DNA of 24,000 nucleotides from Planctomycetales bacterium ZRK34 (GTDB lineage Bacteria > Planctomycetota > Phycisphaerae > Phycisphaerales > Zrk34), in assembly GCA_014873095.1 (NCBI GenBank), contig CP050848.1, forward strand, positions 2,515,850 to 2,539,849, read 5' to 3'. A program made the translations under genes and the position numbers. The notes under the pieces are model-generated. The model ran no database searches, was not told the DNA's origin, and saw nothing but the letters and a program-made list of their open reading frames with translations. Shown here piece after piece: positions 7,186-15,320 of the stretch; position 1 is the first letter of the stretch, and each line of letters begins with the position of its first letter.

Positions 7186-7199
7186 TCAGGAGTCTGCCC

Positions 7200-8654
7200 G
7201 TGCAACCGCTCAGTCGCCGTCGTGTGATGCAACAGGGTCTGGCCGCGTCGCTGGCCTGTGGACTGTCGCCGAATCTTCCTCGCCTGCTGGCTGAAGAGGC
7301 CGCCGCTGAGATCACGGACAAGCCGTATGTGTTTGAACTGCCGGCAGCCGGGCGCATCATGCCGCGGCCGAGCAAGGCGATCGCCTCGTCGGGGCTTTCG
7401 GTCGGATTTGAAACGCTCGACCGCCAGCATTTTGACCCGACCAAGACCTACGGGCCGCTGTCGAAGCTCGGCGTCAAGTGGGCGCGCTGCCAGACGGGGT
7501 GGTGCCGCTGCGAGAAGGAAAAGGGCAAGTACACGTTCGACTGGCTCGACGAGGTGGTCGATTCGCTGCTGGCGATCGGCGTGCAGCCGTGGTTCAACCT
7601 CGGGTACGGCAATCAGCTCTACACGCCGCGCGCCGATGAGACCGCGGTGGGCTGGGCGCCGATTTTCGATGAAGAGCCCCGCCGGGCGTGGGTCAACTTC
7701 ACCCGCGCCATCGCCGAGCACTTCGCCGATCGCGTCAAGTGCTGGGAGATCTGGAACGAGCCGAACATTCGCGGCTTCTGGAAGCCGAACAAGCCCGACC
7801 CCGTCGACTATGCCGCGCTGGTCAAGCTCACCGCGCCGGAGATTCGCCAGCGCGTGCCCGAAGCGGTGATCATCGGCGTGGCGTCGGCGCACATTCCGAT
7901 GAACTACATCCAGACGTGTTTCGAGCAGGGCATGGGTGACCACATCGACTGCCTGTCGTACCACCCCTACCGCCCGCAACCCGAAGCCGGCTACGAAGAC
8001 GAAATCAACAAGCTGCGCAAGATCGTCGACGCGCACAACCCGAAGATCCGCCTCTGGCAGGGTGAAAACGGCGCCCCGTCCAAGGGCGGCAAAGGCAGCG
8101 CCGGCGCCCTGTCGAATCTCAACTGGTCCGAGACGAGACAGGCCAAGTGGCTCACACGCCGCATCCTCAGCGATCTGCGCCTCGATATCGAATTGACCAG
8201 CTACTTCCACCTGGTCGACCTGGTCGGCTACCGCGGCATCACCAACTACAAAGGCCTGCTCCGCGGCGCTGACTACTCGCCCAAGCCCGCCTTCGTCGCC
8301 TATCAGCATCTGTGCGCCCTGTTCGACCACGATGCCAAACACGACCCGGCGCTGACGCTGGACCTGGTCGGTGAATCCAAAACGCACATGCTCGACGCGG
8401 GATTCACCCGCAAGGGATATGCGCTGTATGCGTACTGGATGCCGGCGAGTCTGTTCGAGGCGTGGGCGGCGAGGCCGATCCGTTTGAGTCTGCCCCATCG
8501 CGCCGATGCCCAACTGCAAAAGCCGGTGCTGATCGATCCGCTGACCGGCAAGGCCTATCGGCTCGACGCATCAGACCGCACCGACAAAACGTTGACCGTT
8601 CAGGCTCCGCTGCTGGAGTACCCCCTGCTGATCACCGACCAGAGCCTGCTGTGA
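7200..8654 (+). CDS. clan GH-A (TIM-barrel) glycoside hydrolase, GH39/GH5-like, with Tat-type leader
   Basis: GTG start at 7200 lies 7 nt after AGGAG and 14 nt after the GH28 stop. Twin-arginine leader (SRRRVMQQGLAASLA). Acid/base motif CWEIWNEPN and nucleophile-type WQGENGAP. C-terminal beta-sandwich. Confidence 0.75.
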   Translation: MQPLSRRRVMQQGLAASLACGLSPNLPRLLAEEAAAEITDKPYVFELPAAGRIMPRPSKAIASSGLSVGFETLDRQHFDPTKTYGPLSKLGVKWARCQTGWCRCEKEKGKYTFDWLDEVVDSLLAIGVQPWFNLGYGNQLYTPRADETAVGWAPIFDEEPRRAWVNFTRAIAEHFADRVKCWEIWNEPNIRGFWKPNKPDPVDYAALVKLTAPEIRQRVPEAVIIGVASAHIPMNYIQTCFEQGMGDHIDCLSYHPYRPQPEAGYEDEINKLRKIVDAHNPKIRLWQGENGAPSKGGKGSAGALSNLNWSETRQAKWLTRRILSDLRLDIELTSYFHLVDLVGYRGITNYKGLLRGADYSPKPAFVAYQHLCALFDHDAKHDPALTLDLVGESKTHMLDAGFTRKGYALYAYWMPASLFEAWAARPIRLSLPHRADAQLQKPVLIDPLTGKAYRLDASDRTDKTLTVQAPLLEYPLLITDQSLL

Positions 8655-8682
8655 GCGGGTCGACAACCGGAGCGACCGTTTG

Positions 8683-9612
8683 ATGAAGCAATTGTCATGT
8701 GTGCTGATGCTGCTGGGTGTGTTGGCGTCGAACGTCGCGCTGGGCGCGGGTGAATCGACCGCGCCGAAGCCGACGTTCTCCAACGTGCCGTACGGCCCGC
8801 ACGAAAAAAATGTCCTCGACTTCTGGCAGGCGCCCGGCGAAGGGCCTCACCCGCTGCTGATCTGCATCCACGGCGGAGGCTGGATCAACGGCAGCAAGGC
8901 CGACTGGACCGATTCGGGTCGATACCCCGTCCGGCCGCCGCAGGCCTTTCTCGAACGCGGCATCTCCTGCGCCACGATCAACTATCGGCTCACGCCCGGC
9001 TCGCCGCTGCCGGCTCCGGTTCACGACGCCGCCCGGGCGGTGCAGTTTCTCCGATCCAAGGCCAAAGACTGGAACCTGCGCACCGACCGCTTCGTACTGT
9101 TCGGCGGCAGCGCCGGAGCCTGCACATCCATGTGGCTCCTGCTGCACGACGACCTGGCCGACCCGTCATCATCCGATCCGATTCTGCGACAGTCGACGCG
9201 CGTCGCCGCCGCCGGCACATGGATCGGACAGACCAGCATCGATCCCAAGGTCGTCGCCGACTGGCTGGGCCCCAACGGCATCAAGCACTCAATGATCGCC
9301 GCGGCCGTCGGCCAGCGCGACATCCAAACCGTGCTCGAACACTACGACCAGTACCGCGCCCTGTACCAGGAGTTCTCTCCGATCAATCACGTGGACGCCG
9401 CTGATCCGCCGCTGTTCATGAGCTACAGCGGCAACATGAAGCTCCCGGCCACCAGCGCGGGCCACGGCATTCACCATCCCCTGTTCGGCGTGAAGATGAA
9501 ACAAAAGTCCGACCGCCTCGGCCACGAATGCTACCTGGTGATCCCCGGCGTCAACACCTCATCGAAGTATTCCAACATCAACGATTTCCTCTTCGACAAA
9601 CTGCTGAAGTGA
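8683..9612 (+). CDS. secreted alpha/beta-hydrolase, esterase/lipase-like (probable carbohydrate esterase)
   Basis: ATG at 8683 (the TTG at 8680 is the ORF-track start). Signal peptide MKQLSCVLMLLGVLASNVALGA. Motifs: ICIHGGGW oxyanion-hole type, GGSAGAC nucleophile elbow, late GHGIHHP. Confidence 0.8.
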   Translation: MKQLSCVLMLLGVLASNVALGAGESTAPKPTFSNVPYGPHEKNVLDFWQAPGEGPHPLLICIHGGGWINGSKADWTDSGRYPVRPPQAFLERGISCATINYRLTPGSPLPAPVHDAARAVQFLRSKAKDWNLRTDRFVLFGGSAGACTSMWLLLHDDLADPSSSDPILRQSTRVAAAGTWIGQTSIDPKVVADWLGPNGIKHSMIAAAVGQRDIQTVLEHYDQYRALYQEFSPINHVDAADPPLFMSYSGNMKLPATSAGHGIHHPLFGVKMKQKSDRLGHECYLVIPGVNTSSKYSNINDFLFDKLLK

Positions 9613-9668
9613 CCCGCCCCCCATCGGCATGTCTGTACCAGGACCGCGCCGCGGCCCGTTTGTGCCAT

Positions 9669-9716
9669 AAAAAAATCCCGCGTTGACCTTCAGTAGGAGG
9701 GGAAGATCAACGCGGG
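9669..9716 (-). terminator. rho-independent terminator (minus-strand orientation) closing the 9951..10778 transcription unit
   Basis: 10-bp stem CCCGCGTTGA(9677-9686)/TCAACGCGGG(9707-9716). On the minus strand it is followed by A then U7 (complement of A7 at 9669-9675). Confidence 0.65.
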
Positions 9717-9892
9717 CGGAGGAGAGAAAAAAAGGCGCAGAACGATTAAGTATCGAATTGAGCAACTTTCATGCCAAACTCAAAAACAGGCTTTGCGGGC
9801 CACAGGTACGGGTTTGGATATGACGGATGATGTCCACAAGTACCATTCCGGGTCCAGGACTGTGCCAATGTGGCCACACGGGTCGATGAACA

Positions 9893-9919
9893 AAGCCCAC
9901 GGATTCAATCCGTGGGCTT
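9893..9919 (-). repeat. 27-nt perfect palindrome/hairpin, copy B (AAGCCCACGGAT-TCA-ATCCGTGGGCTT)
   Basis: 12-bp perfect stem, 9893-9904 pairing with 9908-9919, located 31 nt downstream of the PEP-CTERM stop at 9951. It differs from copy A (2308..2334) only at one loop base. Confidence 0.8.
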
Positions 9920-9950
9920 CGGTGTGTTGGTGTGATTTCAGGCGAGCTGA

Positions 9951-10778
9951 TCAGGCTCGGCGGCGGGGTCTGCGGAGGGCCAGGCCGCCCAGGGTCGCCA
10001 GGGCGAGGCCGATCGTGCCGGGCTCGGGAACGACGCTCAGGCGGATCGCGCCGATGGCTGACCAGGTGCCGGCGCCTTCGGTATCCGTGGTGCGGACGCT
10101 CAGCGTAGAGCCGGTGAGCAGCAGATTACTGACGCTCATGTAGCGGGCGTTGTTGTTGCCGTCGCGAATCCCCTGAAAGCCCTTGGTCTGCGTGGTCATC
10201 CCGGTCCAGCCATCCCCGGTGGAAGCGGACCCGTCTTTTTCCAGAACGGTGAAGCCGGACCAGCTCGAGCCGCCGTCGAGTGAGTATTCGTAGAAGCCTT
10301 CCGATGTCGCGGTGACGCGCGAAGTCCACACGTCGACACTGGCGACTTCGCCGGGTGTCAAGCCGCTGAAGGTCATGGTGAACGATTCATTGTTGGTGTT
10401 GGTGCTGGTGTAGAAGTAATCGCCGGCGGCGCCGGTGTTGGCCAGTGAGCCGTCGGTCGTGACCCACGAGGGGCCGCCGGAGGCGTTGTTGAACACCGCC
10501 GCGCCACCGTTGCCGGAGTCGGTGATGGTGCCGGACTTGTTCAGCGTCACGCTGGTCGGGGCGAGGCTGTAATCGTTGTGGATCGCACTGCCGTTGACCT
10601 CCGCCGGCGTGGCATAGATGTTCCATGCATTGCTGCCGCCGGGGTATGACCCGCTGTCGGTGGTATTGAAATCCACCAGGAAAGTCTCAGCCATGACATG
10701 GTGAGCGCCGAGCAGAATCACGACAGCAGACAAAAACAGCACAAGCAGTTGATGTGGGTGTCTCATCGCTTTCCTCAT
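9951..10778 (-). CDS. PEP-CTERM-anchored secreted protein, single beta-rich domain related to the 2342..3592 repeats
   Basis: Signal peptide (LLVLFLSAVVILLGAHHVMA). An alternative ATG at 10766 sits 5 nt after GAGGA. Canonical C-terminus VVPEPGTIGLALATLGGLALRRPRRRA. FLVDFNTTD and FTMTFSGLTPGE echo LYVDFNDND and LDITVSNLDAGT of the 2342..3592 protein. Confidence 0.8.
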   Translation of the reverse strand: MRKAMRHPHQLLVLFLSAVVILLGAHHVMAETFLVDFNTTDSGSYPGGSNAWNIYATPAEVNGSAIHNDYSLAPTSVTLNKSGTITDSGNGGAAVFNNASGGPSWVTTDGSLANTGAAGDYFYTSTNTNNESFTMTFSGLTPGEVASVDVWTSRVTATSEGFYEYSLDGGSSWSGFTVLEKDGSASTGDGWTGMTTQTKGFQGIRDGNNNARYMSVSNLLLTGSTLSVRTTDTEGAGTWSAIGAIRLSVVPEPGTIGLALATLGGLALRRPRRRA

Positions 10779-10832
10779 TCCCGGGATTTGAAACGTAGCC
10801 TCAACTTGGTCCGAACAAATCCAGTGGCTGAT

Positions 10833-10862
10833 AGTTTAACGCATGAATTTCGTCACAGTCAA
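10833..10862 (-). promoter_or_regulatory. candidate sigma-70-type promoter for the 9951..10778 gene
   Basis: Minus strand reads TTGACT (10862-10857), 18 nt, TAAACT (10838-10833), about 55 nt upstream of the start codon. Confidence 0.4.
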
Positions 10863-10908
10863 TATCTTTTTACCAGTTTGAGGGGCTGTGCGCCTTGTTT
10901 GCGGTCGT

Positions 10909-10940
10909 AAAAAAACCCATGGCCGCAGACCATGGGTTTT
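10909..10940 (-). terminator. rho-independent terminator of thiC
   Basis: Stem AACCCATGG(10914-10922)/CCATGGGTT(10930-10938) with a 7-nt loop. On the minus strand it is followed by a U7 run (complement of A7 at 10909-10915). It lies 23 nt after the thiC stop. Confidence 0.75.
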
Positions 10941-10962
10941 GGGGTTGTGTTGTGAAGCAGGG

Positions 10963-12840
10963 TCAGATCGTCGAGTCGTGTTTGGACAAGCCGTGGGCGG
11001 GGCGGGTGTCCAGGTCGACGAGGGTTTCCTGAATCTTTTTGGCTTCGTCGGCATCGACGTAGTCGCTGTGACAGGCGGGCTTGGCATCATCCGACGCTTC
11101 GCTTTGCTCAGCCTCCGGCTTGGTTTTGCTGGCGAGTTTGTGGATCTGATCCGGGCTGAGCACGCCGCGGTTTTTGAGGATTTCCTGCTGCTCGGGGGTC
11201 AGGGCAGCGGTGATCTTCGCCTTCTTGTCGGGGGTGAAGCCGTCGGCTTTGCCGCTGGCCCACTCGGTGATCTCCTTGGAGATGCGGACGCTGCACCAGT
11301 CGTGGCCGCACATGGCGCAGAAGTCGGTGTCGACGTCGAGGTCTTCATCGTGATACGCGCGGGCGGTGTCGGGGTCGAAGCTCAGTTCGAAGTGCTTCTC
11401 CCAGTTCAGCGCGGCCCGGGCACGGGTCAATTCGTCATCGCGATCGCGCGTGCCGGGGATGCCCAGTGCGATGTCGGCGGCATGGGCGGCGATCTTGTAA
11501 GCGATGCAACCCTGTTTGACGTCTTCGCGCTTGGGCAGGCCGAGGTGTTCTTTCGGCGTGACGTAACAGAGCATGGCGGCGCCGTGGTAGGCGGCGTTGG
11601 TCGCGCCGATGCAACTGGTGATGTGGTCGTAACCGGGGAAGATGTCGGTGACCAGCGGGCCGAGCACGTAGAAGGGCGCGCCGTGGCAGACGGTGCGCTG
11701 GTACTTCATGTTGTATTCGATCTGGTCCAGCGGCACGTGGCCGGGGCCTTCGACCATGACCTGCACGCCGCATCGCCAGGCGCGTTCGGTGAGTTCACCG
11801 ATGGTCTGCAGTTCGAGAAGCTGAAGGTCGTCCGTGGCGTCGGCGAGTCCGCCGGGCCGGCAGCCGTCGCCGATCGAGAAGGTGACGTCATGACGGCGCA
11901 GCACATCGCAGATGTTTTCCCACGCGGTGTACATCGGATTCTGCTGATTGTGCGTGAGCATCCACTTGGCCAGCAGCGACCCGCCGCGCGAGACCAGGCC
12001 GATCAGGCGGCTTTTCGCGTAGCGCAGATGTTCCATCAGCACGCCGGCGTGAACGGTGAAATAGTCGACGCCCTGGGCGGCCTGATGCTCGAGTGTATCG
12101 AGGATGATCTGCTCGTCGAGGTCTTCGATCTTGCGGCCGATGATCATCGAGTAGATGGGTACGGTGCCGATGGGAACCGTCGAGTTCTGGATGATCGCGG
12201 CACGGGTGGCGTCGAGGTCGCCGCCGGTCGACAGGTCCATGACGGTGTCGGCGCCCCAGCGCTCAGCCCACTTGAGCTTTTCGACTTCCTCATCGGTCGA
12301 TGATGAGACCGGCGAAGCGCCCATGTTGGCGTTGACCTTCGTCTTGGAGGCGCGGCCGATGGCCATCGGGTCGAGGTTGTACTTGAGGTGGTGAATGTTG
12401 GCGGGAATCACCATGCGGCCGGCTGCGACTTCATCGCGCACCTGCACGTCGGTCAGGTGCGTCTCGCGATCGGCGACGCGCTGCATCTGCGGCGTGATCG
12501 TGCCGAGGCGCGCATGCTCGAGTTGGGTGATCGGGGTGAAGTCTTTGGGGTAGACGACGGTGCGTGACTTGCCGTTTGCCTCGGTGAAGGTGGTCGTCTG
12601 GTGCGTCGGACTTAAGTCCGACGCGCCGGCGTCGGTGTTCGTGGACCAGCCTTCGGGCAGGAAGTCCCATGCGGTCTTGTCGGACACCGCGGGGATGTTC
12701 GGCGTGTCCGGCGAACTGAACATGTACGGGCCGCCGATGTCGGGCTTACGCGCGAATGAACCGGGCGTGGTGACGTCGGGGCTGTTGCCGGGGTTGGTGA
12801 AGCTGACGGGACGATGAAATGGATCGGTATGCGAAATCAT
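10963..12840 (-). CDS. thiC: phosphomethylpyrimidine (HMP-P) synthase ThiC, radical-SAM
   Basis: Highly characteristic blocks: [73 protein letters not shown]-terminal cluster [12 protein letters not shown]. Preceded by a TPP riboswitch. Confidence 0.97.
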   Translation of the reverse strand: MISHTDPFHRPVSFTNPGNSPDVTTPGSFARKPDIGGPYMFSSPDTPNIPAVSDKTAWDFLPEGWSTNTDAGASDLSPTHQTTTFTEANGKSRTVVYPKDFTPITQLEHARLGTITPQMQRVADRETHLTDVQVRDEVAAGRMVIPANIHHLKYNLDPMAIGRASKTKVNANMGASPVSSSTDEEVEKLKWAERWGADTVMDLSTGGDLDATRAAIIQNSTVPIGTVPIYSMIIGRKIEDLDEQIILDTLEHQAAQGVDYFTVHAGVLMEHLRYAKSRLIGLVSRGGSLLAKWMLTHNQQNPMYTAWENICDVLRRHDVTFSIGDGCRPGGLADATDDLQLLELQTIGELTERAWRCGVQVMVEGPGHVPLDQIEYNMKYQRTVCHGAPFYVLGPLVTDIFPGYDHITSCIGATNAAYHGAAMLCYVTPKEHLGLPKREDVKQGCIAYKIAAHAADIALGIPGTRDRDDELTRARAALNWEKHFELSFDPDTARAYHDEDLDVDTDFCAMCGHDWCSVRISKEITEWASGKADGFTPDKKAKITAALTPEQQEILKNRGVLSPDQIHKLASKTKPEAEQSEASDDAKPACHSDYVDADEAKKIQETLVDLDTRPAHGLSKHDSTI

Positions 12841-12845
12841 GAAGG

Positions 12846-12955
12846 GTTCGCCTTCCTACGCAGCTCGCGGCGGGCACAAAGCCCGAGCTTGCTGATCAGG
12901 TTCCAAGGGACTGTCTCAGCCCGCCACCCGTGTGTGACGGACACCCCTGGCGAAC
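12846..12955 (-). promoter_or_regulatory. TPP (THI-box) riboswitch in the thiC leader
   Basis: Minus-strand RNA has a P1 helix GUUCGCC...GGCGAAC that encloses GGGGUG, CUGAGA, CCUUGGAACCUGAUC and GCGUAGGAAGG in the canonical order. The P1 3' strand ends 5 nt before the AUG and abuts the AGGAAGG Shine-Dalgarno. Confidence 0.9.
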
Positions 12956-12965
12956 ATGTTCAATC

Positions 12966-12993
12966 AGCATAGGGGCGTCGATCGTATGGTCAA
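12966..12993 (-). promoter_or_regulatory. candidate sigma-70-type promoter of the thiC riboswitch transcript
   Basis: Minus strand reads TTGACC (12993-12988), 16 nt, TATGCT (12971-12966). This places the start a few nt upstream of riboswitch P1. Confidence 0.45.
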
Positions 12994-13251
12994 GGCCTGC
13001 GCGGCTGATGAGCAGGCGGGTCCGATCATGCCAGGCGGTGCGCACACGCGCAGCAGCGCGACCAGTGTTCAGCATGGATCACGTGGTGAAAACGCAATTG
13101 GCACGTCTGTTGCTTTGCACTGATCAACCCGCCCACGAAGCCGCAATGGCCCTGCAGTACCGGAAGTATTCACGGGTTGCGCCCCCAAAACCCTCCCTCG
13201 CGCAGCCCGCCACCAACCCAGTCAACAACAAACAGAAAAAGGACACTCATC

Positions 13252-14067
13252 ATGTTGGGTTATCTTATTGACATGGACGGCGTGATCTATCGCGGCCGCG
13301 AGTTGATCACGGGAGCCGATCGGTTCATCAACGAATTGATCAAACGTCGCATTCCGTTTTCGTTCCTGACAAACAACTCGCAGCGCGCCCGCCGCGATGT
13401 CGTCACACGCCTGCGGCAGATGGGCATCAGCGTCGGCGAAGAAAATGTGTACACGTGCGCCGTGGCTACCGCGCGCTACCTCGCTTCGCAGAAGCCCGGC
13501 GGTACCGCGTTCGTCATCGGCGAAGGCGGCCTGCTGACCGCGCTGCACCGCAACGGTTTTTCGATTGTTGATCGTGACCCGGACTACGTCGTCGTCGGCG
13601 AAGGACGCACCTTCAACGCGGAGATACTCGAAGCGGCGCTGAACATGATCCTCGGCGGCGCGAAACTCGTGGCGACCAACCTCGATCCGAACTGCCCCAC
13701 GGCCGGCGGCGCGACGCGCCCGGGCTGCGGGGCGATCGTGGCGATGCTCGAAGCCGCCAGCGGCGTCAAGGCGTTCAGCGTCGGCAAGCCCAGCCCGATC
13801 ATGATGCGCGATGCCCGCAAGCTGTTGGGCCTCAGCGCCGAGCAGACCGTCATGATCGGCGACACGATGGAAACCGACATCCTCGGCGGCGTGCAGCTTG
13901 GGTACCACACCATCCTCACGCTCACCGGCGGCACACGCCGCGATGAAGTTGAACGCTACGCCTATCACCCCGAGATGATCGTCGAATCGATCGCGGACCT
14001 GGACCACGACGCCTTGGTGGAAGGGTGGGGCATGCATCACGCGACTGCGGAGAACACCGCGGCGTGA
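13252..14067 (+). CDS. HAD-superfamily subfamily IIA phosphatase (NagD/UmpH-like sugar/nucleotide phosphatase)
   Basis: The ATG at 13252 follows AAGGA. HAD motifs: I LIDMDGVIY, II FSFLTNNS, III GKPSP, IV IGDTMETDILGG. The upstream part of ORF 13177.. is a low-complexity extension. Confidence 0.85.
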   Translation: MLGYLIDMDGVIYRGRELITGADRFINELIKRRIPFSFLTNNSQRARRDVVTRLRQMGISVGEENVYTCAVATARYLASQKPGGTAFVIGEGGLLTALHRNGFSIVDRDPDYVVVGEGRTFNAEILEAALNMILGGAKLVATNLDPNCPTAGGATRPGCGAIVAMLEAASGVKAFSVGKPSPIMMRDARKLLGLSAEQTVMIGDTMETDILGGVQLGYHTILTLTGGTRRDEVERYAYHPEMIVESIADLDHDALVEGWGMHHATAENTAA

Positions 14068-14076
14068 GCCCACGAA

Positions 14077-14115
14077 AAGGCGGGGGGATTTTGCCGATCC
14101 TCCCGCCTTATTTTT
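14077..14115. terminator. bidirectional rho-independent terminator between convergent HAD and AraC genes
   Basis: Stem AAGGCGGGGGG(14077-14087)/CCTCCCGCCTT(14099-14109) with one G.U pair. The plus strand continues ATTTTT. The minus-strand version is followed by TTTTCG. Confidence 0.7.
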
Positions 14116-14136
14116 AAGCGTATTCAGCTTGCGCGG

Positions 14137-15078
14137 TCATGCCCCGGCGCTGCCGGCGGCGGCCATGTCGCGCAGGCGTTCGACATCACGCAGGGGCGGG
14201 TCGCCGAAGTGGCGCTTGTAGTCACGGCTGAAATGCGATGCGTCGTCGTAGCCGACCTGGTAGCCGGCCTCCGCGGCGTCGAGGTTTTCGTTGAGCATCA
14301 GGCGGCGCGCTTCCTGGAGCCGCAGGCGTTTTTGAAATTGCAACGGGCTCATCGCGGTCACCGATTTGAAGTGAGCGTGGAACCCGGACACGCTCATGTT
14401 CAACTGCCGCGCGACCTGCTCGATCTTCAGCGGCTTGTCGAAATTATCCCGGATGGACTCAACCGCACGGGCCATGCGATGGGCCTGGCCGCTGTACGTC
14501 GCCAGGTGGCGCATGCGGTCGCCCTGGGCGCCGGTGAGCAGACGGAAAATAATCTCGCGAATCACCAGCGGCGCAAGAATCGGATATTCATTCGGCGTCT
14601 CGGTCAGCCGCACCAGTCGCAACGTGGCGTCGAGCAGATTCACATCCAGCGGACTGACATCCAGCGCTTTGACGCTGCGGTCGCGGTGTGACAGCACACG
14701 GTCGCAGTCGACCATGACTGAGGTGACGACCGCCGGATCAAGAACCAGTCGAAAGCCCAAGTACGGCTCGCGCGGCGAGGCCTTGATCACTTTGCCTGAT
14801 ATGGGCAGCTGCATCGTGGTGATCAGGTAGTGCGCCGGATCATATCGGAATGTTTCATCAGCGAGTGTGATCTGCTTGCTGCCCTGAGCGATCACGCAGA
14901 ACGCAGGCTCGTAGACGCCGCAGGTTCCGCCGGTCGGTTCGGACATTCTGTTCAAGTGTACGCCTGGTTGAACCTCGGTCGTCCCGTCGTGCGGCAGGGC
15001 ATGTGCGATGCGATCGGCGAGTTCCTGCTGGTCGGCCAGGCGGCGCTGGCCGGTTCGTGTGTTGTTCGCATTCATCAT
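14137..15078 (-). CDS. AraC-family transcriptional regulator with AraC_N-type (cupin-like) sensor domain
   Basis: C-terminal double HTH (IEQVARQLNMSVSGFHAHFKSVTAMSPLQFQKRLRLQEARRLM..AGYQVGYDDASHFSRDYKRHFGDPP). The start is uncertain. ATG 15078 follows GAGG. ATG 15099 is possible. The ORF-track ATG at 15153 lies upstream of a perfect TATAAT, so it is unlikely. Confidence 0.8.
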   Translation of the reverse strand: MMNANNTRTGQRRLADQQELADRIAHALPHDGTTEVQPGVHLNRMSEPTGGTCGVYEPAFCVIAQGSKQITLADETFRYDPAHYLITTMQLPISGKVIKASPREPYLGFRLVLDPAVVTSVMVDCDRVLSHRDRSVKALDVSPLDVNLLDATLRLVRLTETPNEYPILAPLVIREIIFRLLTGAQGDRMRHLATYSGQAHRMARAVESIRDNFDKPLKIEQVARQLNMSVSGFHAHFKSVTAMSPLQFQKRLRLQEARRLMLNENLDAAEAGYQVGYDDASHFSRDYKRHFGDPPLRDVERLRDMAAAGSAGA

Positions 15079-15127
15079 GGCCTCATCGTAGTCGGGCATG
15101 TCGACCGTCACGCGGCGGCAGGGCGTT

Positions 15128-15155
15128 TCTTGGAGAATTATACAATCATCCAAGA
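15128..15155. promoter_or_regulatory. 7-bp inverted repeat around an AT-rich core in the AraC/ADH divergent region (candidate operator/promoter)
   Basis: TCTTGGA(15128-15134), 14 nt (GAATTATACAATCA), TCCAAGA(15149-15155). The spacer contains a perfect TATAAT on the minus strand (15142-15137). Confidence 0.35.
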
Positions 15156-15320
15156 GGATCGTCCTATAGCCTTGTCAAAAAACACGTATAGAGTTCTGCC
15201 GTACGGAAAACACCGCCGCGTGGGGTCGGATTTTATCTGGATTCACATGCAAGGCGGCTCGGACGACTGACAAACCGCATGGTCGGGAAAAACAAGCTCG
15301 CAAACCCCAGGAGCGAACCC

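Noticed and set aside
7071-8519. 482-aa minus-strand ORF
   Set aside because: It is entirely antisense to the well-supported GH-A hydrolase gene. The translation is Arg/Gly/Ala/Val-rich low complexity with no motifs. This is a typical shadow ORF of high-GC DNA.
9793-10143. 116-aa plus-strand ORF, and likewise 19937..20221 and 12930..13271
   Set aside because: Each starts in or reads through a hairpin, riboswitch or promoter element and then runs antisense to a real gene. None has a ribosome-binding site or a recognisable motif.
10849-10874. GGTAAAAAG-N13-CGAA upstream of the second PEP-CTERM gene, with the same spacing as the TGTAAGAAA-N13-CGTA motif
   Set aside because: Only 9 of 13 fixed positions match, and it overlaps a better sigma-70-like candidate. 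This is too weak to call a third ECF target without genome-wide statistics.
10888-12303. 471-aa plus-strand ORF
   Set aside because: It is antisense to thiC, whose identity is unambiguous. The composition is Gly/Val/Ala/Asp-rich with no recognisable domain.
15137-15178. Perfect TTGACA and perfect TATAAT on the minus strand
   Set aside because: The hexamers are 30 nt apart, which is incompatible with a canonical sigma-70 promoter. Only the TATAAT is retained as possibly meaningful (see the inverted-repeat finding).
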